A stretch of DNA of 9,160 nucleotides from Selaginella moellendorffii (taxonomy: Eukaryota > Plantae > Lycopodiophyta), in contig NW_003314621.1 of assembly GCF_000143415.4 (NCBI RefSeq), forward strand, positions 1 through 9,160, written 5' to 3'. The first letter of the stretch is position 1; every line of letters starts with the position of its first letter. This document shows, one piece after another, positions 1 to 7,686 of this stretch. The notes under the pieces are model-generated. The model was not told the DNA's origin, did no database searches, and worked only from the letters and a program-made list of their open reading frames with translations. The translations under genes were made by a program, and so were the position numbers.

Positions 1-87
1 TGTGTTTATGGTCCTAAGGGCATTGTGACATATCCAAGGATTTTGCATCAAGTTCTGTATTTGCATGTTTATCAAGCTACTGAATTG

Positions 88-120
88 CTAAACCCTAAAC
101 CCTAAACCCTAAACCCTAAA
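88..120 (+). repeat. Interstitial plant-type telomeric repeat (CCCTAAA)n, 4 full units plus a partial unit
   Basis: ctaaa followed by ccctaaa x4 (93-120), perfect; the reverse complement is TTTAGGG, the Arabidopsis-type telomere unit. Non-telomeric sequence lies on both sides. Confidence 0.95.
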
Positions 121-928
121 CATGTGGCAAATGCTGCGTGAAGAAAGATGCCCTTTCTGGGCAAATGCTGTAAGAGGCAGATGCCGAGCAGATGTATCTC
201 AGGCTAGCGAAGGGGACAAACGAAAGCTAGCTATAAACATGACGGGATGCAAATAGATTACTAGGCTGGTCCTGCGAAAATCAAAAACCATAATTGAAAA
301 CATTGAAAATGCAAAAAGAAAGGTTTATAATATTTTTGAATTTTAAGCAACCAAAGGAATGTAAGTAGGGCATGTGTTTGTAAGTTTAAAAATGCCTCAG
401 CCATATAAATTCCCAAGTAAATAAAGCAGTTTCTATTTTTGGTACAGGTAAACTTTATAGCGTGTGGGCTCATGCAATTTTGAACCCAAAAATGCACCAA
501 AAGATGCTCGACTAGCATTATTCTTTGAATGGCATGTGGCATTATATTGCCATAAATGGACGTACACACAGAGCATAATTATTCCTTTACACGGCGAATA
601 ATCTTGGCGCGGATCGCTGACATGGCATGGCAAAGTTCGAATCACTGACATGGCACAGCTGGATCGAGGCAAGGACATGATGTGACAAAGTTCAACCTCC
701 GACAGCAAAGTCTAGAAGCTACTCAGTTTGAAATTTGTCAGAGGAGTCATAAGATCTGGTTTGTCAGAGGATTTGATGTGACATTCAAGCGTGTGTTATT
801 TTTGAATTCTCGAACTCATTCCTAGGTCTATCATTTTTGTGCGCCGTGTTCTTGGTTCCGCTGAGCGCAGTGAGCGCTGCTTGTGTAAGCGGCGTTGTGA
901 GCTGTGGTTTATGCGTCTACAAGCGGTT

Positions 929-1050
929 GCGGCATTGCGAGCGCCATTGCGAGCGGCAGTTTATGCGAGTGGCAGTTTGTGCGAGCGGCGCTACGAGCAG
1001 TTGCGGTGTTGCGAGCGGCGCTACGAGTAGTTGCGGTGTTGCGAGCGGCA
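929..1050. repeat. GC-rich compound tandem repeat built on a GCGAGCGGC core
   Basis: 12-bp period (gcggcattgcga/gcgccattgcga, 929-952), then 16-bp period (gcgagcggcagtttat/gcgagtggcagtttgt, 949-980), then 30-bp period (gcgagcggcgctacgagYagttgcggtgtt at 981, 1011, partial at 1041). Confidence 0.85.
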
Positions 1051-1242
1051 CTGTCTTTGGTGTGGCTACTGCTTCCTCTTGATATTCGGCACTTGTGCTT
1101 CCTGGTATGTTCACCATGGAATGGCTTAGGACCACATTTAGAAATGGCATGAGGCCACATGCCATCTTGGGCCCGCGCAATTTCATGGCTAGCGTATTGT
1201 CATGTATGTTTTTACTTGCCTACACCTGTGTGGTATATCAAG

Positions 1243-1686
1243 NNNNNNNNNNNNNNNNNNNNNNNNNNNNNNNNNNNNNNNNNNNNNNNNNNNNNNNNNN
1301 NNNNNNNNNNNNNNNNNNNNNNNNNNNNNNNNNNNNNNNNNNNNNNNNNNNNNNNNNNNNNNNNNNNNNNNNNNNNNNNNNNNNNNNNNNNNNNNNNNNN
1401 NNNNNNNNNNNNNNNNNNNNNNNNNNNNNNNNNNNNNNNNNNNNNNNNNNNNNNNNNNNNNNNNNNNNNNNNNNNNNNNNNNNNNNNNNNNNNNNNNNNN
1501 NNNNNNNNNNNNNNNNNNNNNNNNNNNNNNNNNNNNNNNNNNNNNNNNNNNNNNNNNNNNNNNNNNNNNNNNNNNNNNNNNNNNNNNNNNNNNNNNNNNN
1601 NNNNNNNNNNNNNNNNNNNNNNNNNNNNNNNNNNNNNNNNNNNNNNNNNNNNNNNNNNNNNNNNNNNNNNNNNNNNNNNNNNNNNN
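1243..1686. other. Assembly gap (444 N)
   Basis: Run of N. Confidence 1.
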
Positions 1687-1830
1687 AATGTGAAGGATTC
1701 ACAATCAAACACCACTACAACTGATGACAGAACATCTCTTCATGGGAAAAGAAAGTACACCTTCCTACAGCGTAGCCAAAGGGATCTGAGCAACGAACCG
1801 AAAAGGCAGAAAATGGCGATGGAGGTTTGA
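1687..1830 (+). pseudogene. In-frame N-terminal extension of the transposase, separated by one TGA stop
   Basis: Open in the same frame as 1831-4242 from the gap edge (NVKDSQSN...KRKY...EPKRQKMAMEV*), with basic NLS-like clusters. TGA 1828-1830 directly abuts ATG 1831. Confidence 0.55.
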
Positions 1831-4242
1831 ATGGTCTCGACAGTTGCTTGTTGCAAGAGGAGGTGCTGTCAACATGCTGATTGGGATGCTATTGAAGAGG
1901 AGAGAGCAAGATACAAGACATTGTCCTGGAAGGCAGCTCGCAATTTTGTGTATGAGGCATTACGGTCATCTGTTGATGCTTCAGAACATCAGGTGGGGGG
2001 CATGGTCTTCCAGAGGGGTTTGGTCTGCATGAAGGCATGGAGAATCATTTATGGAGTCCCTCGAACCACATTCTACAGAATCAAAACTGAGTTCGAGGAA
2101 CAAAGGGTTCAACAGGCAGTCCATGGGAACGACGGTACGCACAAAACCAGGGGTCATGTTGTATATGGAGAGGCAATCTTCAAGAGGTTTGTCGAGACAT
2201 GTAGCGAGCAGCAACCACATAAAACCCGCCTCTTGGAAGATGGAACACGAGACACCCAACGAGTTCTCCCTTCCATGTATACCAAGGGGGCCATATTGGA
2301 AGATGTGAATCGGGAACTCCAGAGTAATGGCTACAGGAAGCTGAGCCAATCTAGATTTAGTAGATTGTGGAGCAACAGGTTCAGGGATGTGAGTATAGGA
2401 AAGTACTCCAGCTTTTCAAAGTGTGACGAGTGCACTGCTATCAAAATGGCTTTGTCGAAGAATTCTTGCAGCGCTCAAGAGCGAGAGACGTTGGTTAGAA
2501 GGCGGCTCGACCACAACATCGAGCAGAGAAGCTGCAGGACTGCATATTATCATAACAGGATTCTCTCCATGGAGAGACCTGACTCTTACCTCTGCATCAT
2601 CCACGACAAAATGGATCAGAAAAAGACGTGCTTACCTCGACTCAATCCTGCCCCCAAGGCAATCTCTTCATCCATGCAGCTGCCTGTGTCTCTGTTTGGC
2701 ATAATCGCTCATGGGCATGGTGCCCAGAACTATGGGAACTTCTTTGTGCCTCTATGGGGTGGCGGGGGTGCAAACATGATGATTGCGTCCTTAGCAAAAC
2801 ACTTAAGGTCTCTGCAAAGTGCGCAGACTGAGCTGAACGGCCAACCCTTGCATAAGGCCCTTGTCGATCGAACCCCATACAGGGTTCAGCTGGAGGAGGA
2901 GCAAAGGCTTGCAGTATCGCGTGGGGCCCCATGCCATCCTAGTGAATATGTTGGCCGTCAGATTGTAGGGTTATCACGTGAGGCCTCATGCCATTACGAC
3001 GAGGCTGGTCGCCCGGTGAATGCACAGCCTCATCCAAACGAAGCAGAATCTCAAGGAAGTTCTTGCGGCCGATGTGGCCTTCCACCCCATCTTCTGCTCC
3101 AAACAGACAATGCTGGCAGTGAGAACAAAAACATGTACGTTTTCGCGTACTTGGCGATGCTTGTTGCCAAAGGCATATTTGAAACGGTTACACTTGGCTT
3201 TCTCATGGTTGGGCACACTCATGAAGACGTCGATGCCATGTTCAGTCACCTGGCAGAGTCCCTCCGGCGATCCAATGTCCTCACCCTCCCACAACTCTAC
3301 GATGAATTCCAAAATTGCATCAAAGGCACTGTTGAAGCTGCACTTGTGACAGAGGTTCCAGACTTTAAGGGGTTTGTAAGAGGCTACATCAGGGACGGAT
3401 CCGAAACGCTGATTGGCCACTCCAAGCCTCTTCAGTTTCATTTCAGCATGCGTGACGGTGCTCCAGTGATGAGGTACAAGATGAGAGAATGGGACACAGT
3501 GTGGCTGCCAGTGGATGGCATTGAACTCTTCAAGAGAGATCCCATAATTGGGGAACCTATGATTCCTCAGGGTTCCCCACGGCCGATGCACCCGGATGGA
3601 CTCAAAGACCAGGAAAGTATAGTGGCCGGGATTAGACAGCATATTGCCTTCTGGAAGAGGGGGTTGGTGTTTGGTGGAGAATCCTATTTTAAGAGGTGCA
3701 AGCCTTTGCTCGAATACTGGGAGAAGATTATATCTGCTATCCAAAATGGGCCGGTTGTATATGAAGAATTGGAAGAGTCCTTTTGGCCAGAACCCAGAGC
3801 ACCAGATAGTAGCGGAACAATGTCCTCTGGAAATGCAGTGACAGATAACGATGTTGAGGATCACTATTGTGGGCCGAGGAACAAGAAGCCGGATTCAGCA
3901 TTCAATCCAGTACAGGTCTGCAAAGGAATGGTCAAACTTGTCAGACCCAGTAATAAAAAACAAATGATATGGGTGGGGCGCTGCATCACTGATGCAGAGG
4001 AGGACGCGGAAACTAACTCCTTCAATGTAACTGTGGAGTGGTTCAAGCCAAGTTCCGGATATACGAAGGATTGCCTAGAAAAGAGATGGGTGCTGAATCC
4101 AAGGGATCCCAGCATGAGCATATCGGTGGATAATGTTGTGCATGGTTGGATGCGGAAGCAGAGTGCCACCATCACCTTGCCAGACCATGCAAGAGATGCA
4201 GCAAGAGCATTCATAACCCGGGTTCAAGGTGAGATTCATTAA
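1831..4242 (+). CDS. Sola-like DDD transposase (DUF7869-type catalytic domain), 803 aa unspliced
   Basis: Recognised motifs: IIHD259KMDQ, LQTD426NAGSENKN, FLMVGHTHEDVD468AMFS (DN..xNKN and GHT...D signature of Sola/DUF7869 proteins). Upstream there is a C198xxC201...H228 zinc motif, plus N-terminal CCKRRC and VCxxAWxxIYGV Cys/HTH-like motifs. Family assigned from motif memory, not from a search. Confidence 0.85.
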   Translation: MVSTVACCKRRCCQHADWDAIEEERARYKTLSWKAARNFVYEALRSSVDASEHQVGGMVFQRGLVCMKAWRIIYGVPRTTFYRIKTEFEEQRVQQAVHGNDGTHKTRGHVVYGEAIFKRFVETCSEQQPHKTRLLEDGTRDTQRVLPSMYTKGAILEDVNRELQSNGYRKLSQSRFSRLWSNRFRDVSIGKYSSFSKCDECTAIKMALSKNSCSAQERETLVRRRLDHNIEQRSCRTAYYHNRILSMERPDSYLCIIHDKMDQKKTCLPRLNPAPKAISSSMQLPVSLFGIIAHGHGAQNYGNFFVPLWGGGGANMMIASLAKHLRSLQSAQTELNGQPLHKALVDRTPYRVQLEEEQRLAVSRGAPCHPSEYVGRQIVGLSREASCHYDEAGRPVNAQPHPNEAESQGSSCGRCGLPPHLLLQTDNAGSENKNMYVFAYLAMLVAKGIFETVTLGFLMVGHTHEDVDAMFSHLAESLRRSNVLTLPQLYDEFQNCIKGTVEAALVTEVPDFKGFVRGYIRDGSETLIGHSKPLQFHFSMRDGAPVMRYKMREWDTVWLPVDGIELFKRDPIIGEPMIPQGSPRPMHPDGLKDQESIVAGIRQHIAFWKRGLVFGGESYFKRCKPLLEYWEKIISAIQNGPVVYEELEESFWPEPRAPDSSGTMSSGNAVTDNDVEDHYCGPRNKKPDSAFNPVQVCKGMVKLVRPSNKKQMIWVGRCITDAEEDAETNSFNVTVEWFKPSSGYTKDCLEKRWVLNPRDPSMSISVDNVVHGWMRKQSATITLPDHARDAARAFITRVQGEIH

Positions 4243-4280
4243 TATTCCTTTACTAAGTTTCTAATGTATTTTATTTCAAG
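4229..4280 (+). other. Predicted 52-nt GT-AG intron near the transposase 3' end
   Basis: Donor CAAG|GTGAGA, AT-rich body containing the unspliced stop, branch-like CTAAT (4261-4265), T-rich tract and TTTCAAG| acceptor. Confidence 0.7.
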
Positions 4281-4744
4281 GTGAACAATCCGAATCTGAA
4301 TCAGAGGAGGCGTGATGGCATGTGGCCCTTTGCACTAGTATATCTTAATACCGGTCTGAGAAATAGAATGGCATGTGCCCTCAGGCCTTTTACTAAATCA
4401 CCTTTGAAAGAAATGCAAGCCTCTATGTCGTAAAAAAAAGGTACTAGAGAAATTCCTTAATAATATGAATGTTATTTAGTTTCATGAAAATACACTAAGG
4501 GTCAAATGAGTTAAATGACTTCTCCAGACTAGCAATGCCTCTTGCTACACCTTCACAATTAGATTCGTTAGAAAAAGATAACATTGAATAATATCTAAAT
4601 GTTCTCACCATTAAGTTATATGTCTGGCTAATAGGAATGACGTTCATCTTGGAAAGCTCACCACACGCTCAATGAACAAACAAATAGTGTGTGCGCGCAT
4701 GCCATCGCTCTTCTTTAGCTTCAGATTCGGCTTGTTCACCTTGA
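4276..4744. repeat. 47-bp imperfect inverted repeat pair (4276-4322 / 4698-4744)
   Basis: tcaaggtgaacaatccgaatctgaatcagaggaggcgtgatggcatg vs reverse complement tcaaggtgaacaagccgaatctgaagctaaagaagagcgatggcatg; 39/47 identical ungapped by manual alignment. Confidence 0.85.
4281..4315 (+). CDS. Predicted terminal exon of the transposase (acidic tail GEQSESESEEA*)
   Basis: Splicing 4228^4281 preserves frame: GGT GAA CAA TCC GAA TCT GAA TCA GAG GAG GCG TGA (stop 4313-4315). Confidence 0.65.
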
Positions 4745-5138
4745 CAATGAGATTTTTTATACAACCAGATGGACTCAGTCTGGACACAAAGTCACCGCGC
4801 TAGTCACCATGCCCCAGATATGTCTAGCCCCTGGACAAAAAACATATAATTTCACGTCATTTTCAAATACTTGAAAATTTGTACCTAGTCCCATTTTACT
4901 GAATAAATCCCACTTTAACGAAATAGAGCTTTTATACTGTTCCCAAGATCCCAAAGTCGTTCCATTATTGGCCCTTTTCTATCCACCACCTTGTACCCAA
5001 GTTCACGCATGAACTTGAGTGGAGAGCCATGTCTTCTCGACATGCTACTCCTCAAGGATAAGCCCACTTCTAGAACCTTCCGATGCCAACATCAATGGTG
5101 ATATACTTGAGCACCAATAAAAGTCGGACTAAGGAACA

Positions 5139-5150
5139 GCTTTGATACCA
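5139..5150 (-). promoter_or_regulatory. Primer binding site (tRNA-iMet type) of the - strand element
   Basis: - strand reads TGGTATCAAAGC, one mismatch to the canonical plant TGGTATCAGAGC, 3 nt from the LTR-terminal CA. Confidence 0.9.
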
Positions 5151-5153
5151 AGT

Positions 5154-6018
5154 TGTAAGCGACTAATTTTTCCATTCTACTTTAGTCACTTAACCACACC
5201 TCCGACCACTTGGAGGAGTCTCATTCACAACCTCCATAAGTCCAATTCAGGACTTGGGACTTGCTAGCCCCGAGAATGGCATCCATGCCACTCAACATTT
5301 GCACTTGGTCCAAGTGCTCCACGTGTCTGATCCCATGACCGACACTCAAAGGTACCACCGACATGGCATCTTGTTACGCTAAGGCCATGCCCAATCACCT
5401 TTGCCACACTAGTAGTCTAATACCACATGCATCCCAGTCTTTGGCTCTCCAAGACTAAGCAAACCATCCGTGAGTGGTCATCTCAGATCCACTCCTTAGC
5501 ATCCTTAGGATGCCCACCGACAAGGGGAATAGCCTTCCCCAATATCCCTCTGTCAGCCCCCACTAAGTCCCTTTCTGCCCCTGGCTGTGTTTGCCAATAC
5601 TACCACTGGTTCGAGGCCCACAGGCCCAACCACTAAGTCCCACGGTCCTCTGGGACTTCCTCACCACACGACTGTGTCCTTGGTCACTACCCCAGAGGAC
5701 TACTCCTCTTCCTTTCCACAGTCTGGGCCTTTGGGACAACATTTCGGAACACCGTGGCCTTACGCGAGCCACCTAGGTACTCTCCCCGCCTTTCACCTTT
5801 AGGTGCTCTAGCCATGGGCTTAGAGCAACGTTCCGTTGAGCCACACCTGGTATCCAAGTAGGTAGTGCCACCCACACTTGGACTGGGAGCATCGGCTAGT
5901 CGATCTCCCGGGGGAACTAGAGCTGGCTCTTGAACACTTCACCAAGCTACCCCGCTTATCGGTCCATGTTCACTCTAGTCTTGGACTTCCCAGTGGTCAG
6001 CTCATCTCCCAACACTAG
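5154..6018 (-). repeat. Partial (interrupted) 5' LTR of the - strand element
   Basis: Homologous to 6809-7672 of the + LTR. Homology runs right up to the TG start of the + LTR at 6019. Confidence 0.85.
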
Positions 6019-6254
6019 TGTGAGACACAAAATCCCTAGGCCCCAAAGTGGAGCTGGAAGGGTGCCACGTGGTAGTGGCCGAAGCGAGAGCCAAACGAGC
6101 ATAACACGTTTGGACCAAAAGCTCCGACTTGAAAAGTCAAGAGCGGGAGTGGAACTCCCAACGAAGTGCTCGAGGAACGAGCACGAAGCGAGCAAAAAGC
6201 GAGGCTCCAAAAAGGGACCCAAAAAGGACCAACACATGACACGTGGAAGTGTCG

Positions 6255-6518
6255 AAGATGGACTCGAGTTGGAGTCCGAAGTGGAGTCCAGATGGACCCG
6301 AGTTGGAGTCCGAGGTGGACCCGAGATGGACCCGAGATGGAGTCCAAGATGGACTCGAAATGGAGTCCGAGATGGACCCGAGAAGGAGTCCGAGATGGAC
6401 CCGAGTTGGAGTCCGAAGTGGAGTCCGAGATGGACCCGAGTTGGAGTCCGAGGTGGACCCGAGATGGACCCGAGATGGAGTCCGAGATGGAGTCCGAGAT
6501 GGACCCGAGATGGAGTCC
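6255..6518 (+). repeat. Minisatellite of mixed 11-mer (GAGATGGACCC) and 12-mer (GAGATGGAGTCC) units with a 137-bp higher-order duplication
   Basis: The variant order gagttggagtcc-gaagtggagtcc-(g)agatggaccc-gagttggagtcc-gaggtggaccc-gagatggaccc-gagatggagtcc starts at both 6266 and 6403. Confidence 0.9.
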
Positions 6519-6560
6519 GAAGTCGAGACCGAGACCGAGACCGACACCGAGACCGAGACT

Positions 6561-6594
<34 letters not shown>

Positions 6595-6674
6595 TCGGGA
6601 CCGAGACCGAGACCGAGGCTGAGCCCGAGCCCGAGACCGAGTCCGAGTCCGAGTCCGAGTCCGAGTCCGAGTCT
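6519..6674 (+). repeat. Hexamer microsatellite, 26 units, (GAGACC)n grading through GAGCCC to (GAGTCC)5
   Basis: Counted directly: 156 bp in unbroken 6-bp register from gaagtc (6519) to gagtct (6669-6674). Confidence 0.95.
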
Positions 6675-6737
6675 GAGAGGGTGAAAGCCCAAAGTGTTCG
6701 TCTCCCAGACCCTGGGGGGTTTGGTGAGCTCCAAAAG

Positions 6738-6749
6738 TATAGTAGGGGG
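6738..6749 (+). promoter_or_regulatory. Candidate LTR TATA-like box
   Basis: TATAGTAGGGGG resembles the TATA(A/T)A-TAGGG context common in plant LTRs and lies just downstream of the repeat arrays; non-canonical. Confidence 0.35.
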
Positions 6750-6763
6750 AGGACTGCAGTGGA

Positions 6764-6801
6764 GCCAGTTTGGCCAGGAAAGGCCAGTTTGGCCCAGGAA
6801 G
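6764..6801 (+). repeat. Two-copy 19-bp tandem duplication in the LTR
   Basis: gccagtttggccaggaaag / gccagtttggcccaggaag. Confidence 0.75.
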
Positions 6802-7674
6802 GCCGGACCCAGTGTTGGGTGATGAGTTGCCCACTGGGAAGTCGAAGACTAGAGTGAACACGGACCGACAAGTGGGGTAGCTTGGTGAAGTGTTCAAGAG
6901 CCGGCTCTAGTTCCCCTGGGAGATCGACTGGCCGATGCTCCCAGTCCAAGTGTGGGTGGCACTACCTACTTGGGTACCAGGCGTGGCTCAACGGAACCTC
7001 GCTCTAAGCCCATGGCTAGAGCACCTAAGGGCAGAAGGCGAGGAGAGTACCCAGGTGGCTCGCGTAAGGCCACGGTGTTCCGAAATGTTGCCCCAAAGGC
7101 CCAGACTGTGGAAAGGAAGAGGAGCAGTCCTCTGGGGTAGTGACCAAGGACACAGTCGTATGGTGAGGAAGTCCCAGAGGACCGTGGGACTTGGTGGTCG
7201 GGCCTGTGGGTCTCGATCCAGTGGCAGTGTTGGCAAACACGGCCAGGGGCAGAAAGGGACTTAGTGGGGACTGACAGAGGGATATTGGGGAAGGCTATTC
7301 CCCTTGTCGGTGGGCATCCTAAGGGTGCTAAGGAGTGGATCTCAGATGACCACTCACGGATGGTTTGCCTAGTCTTGGAGAGCCAAGACTGTGATGCAAG
7401 TGGTAATGGACTACCAGTGTGGCAAAGGTGATTGGGCATGGCCTTAGCGTAACGGGCTGGCATGTCGGTGGTACTTTTGAGTGTCGGTCATGGGATCGGA
7501 CACGTGGAGCACTTGAACCAAGTGCAAATGTTGAGTGGCATGGATGCCATTCTCGGGGCTAGCAAGTCCCAAGTCCTAGATTGGACTTATGGAGGTTGTG
7601 AATGAGACTCCTCCAAGTGGTCGGAGGTGTGGTTAAGTGACTAAAGTAGAATGGAAAATTTAGTCGCTCACATT

Positions 7675-7686
7675 TGGTATCGGAGC
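7675..7686 (+). promoter_or_regulatory. Primer binding site (tRNA-iMet type) of the + strand element
   Basis: TGGTATCGGAGC, one mismatch to canonical TGGTATCAGAGC, 2 nt after the LTR end CA. Confidence 0.9.

Larger units (their letters stand above)
529..4744 (+). mobile_element. Sola-like DNA transposon (boundaries uncertain; true TIR/TSD not identified)
   Basis: Contains the DDD transposase ORF. The 10-mer ATGGCATGTG recurs on both flanks (529, 4315, 4368 on +; 1156-1165 on -). The coordinates only span these motifs and the 3' inverted repeat. Confidence 0.5.
4936..6018 (-). mobile_element. Fragment of an LTR retrotransposon, - strand copy (3' part of 5' LTR, PBS, ~200 bp of internal sequence)
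   Basis: Reverse complement aligns to 6809-7890 throughout. The LTR ends ...GCTTACA at 5154, followed on the - strand by ACT and a PBS. Clear similarity is lost left of 4936. Confidence 0.85.
6019..7672 (+). repeat. Complete 5' LTR, 1654 bp
   Basis: Begins TGTGAG (6019) and ends CTCACA (7672): a perfect 6-bp terminal inverted repeat. The start coincides exactly with the breakpoint of the inverted homology, and the PBS follows after 2 nt. Confidence 0.85.

Noticed and set aside
837-1186. Short ORFs with repeated peptides (ASGATSSCGV, PLATPQLLVA)
   Set aside because: They reflect the 30-bp tandem repeat; no independent coding evidence.
1095-1724. ORFs spanning 1095-1724 on either strand
   Set aside because: Their length comes from the N gap.
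2986-3864. 292-aa antisense ORF and other short ORFs overlapping the transposase
   Set aside because: Shadow frames of the real CDS with no recognisable motifs.
4859-4878. Near-palindrome attttcaaatacttgaaaat
   Set aside because: Short and AT-rich; expected by chance.
1-4935. True terminal inverted repeats and TSD of the DNA transposon
   Set aside because: Manual comparison of 1-1242 with 4316-4935 found only short motif matches, not a convincing terminal pair.
6255-6674. CRISPR-like array
   Set aside because: Units are contiguous with no unique spacers, there are no cas genes, and the context is eukaryotic.
5930-6949. Long ORFs on both strands with RS/RD, ET/ES, LG, SV or PR dipeptide runs (SR-protein-like)
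   Set aside because: Artefacts of a stop-free hexamer array inside an LTR; all six frames are open there.
6813-7672. Shorter LTR starting at TGTTGG (6813)
   Set aside because: TGTGAG at 6019 is the perfect inverted match to the CTCACA end and coincides with the breakpoint; the homology edge near 6809 is explained by the insertion site.
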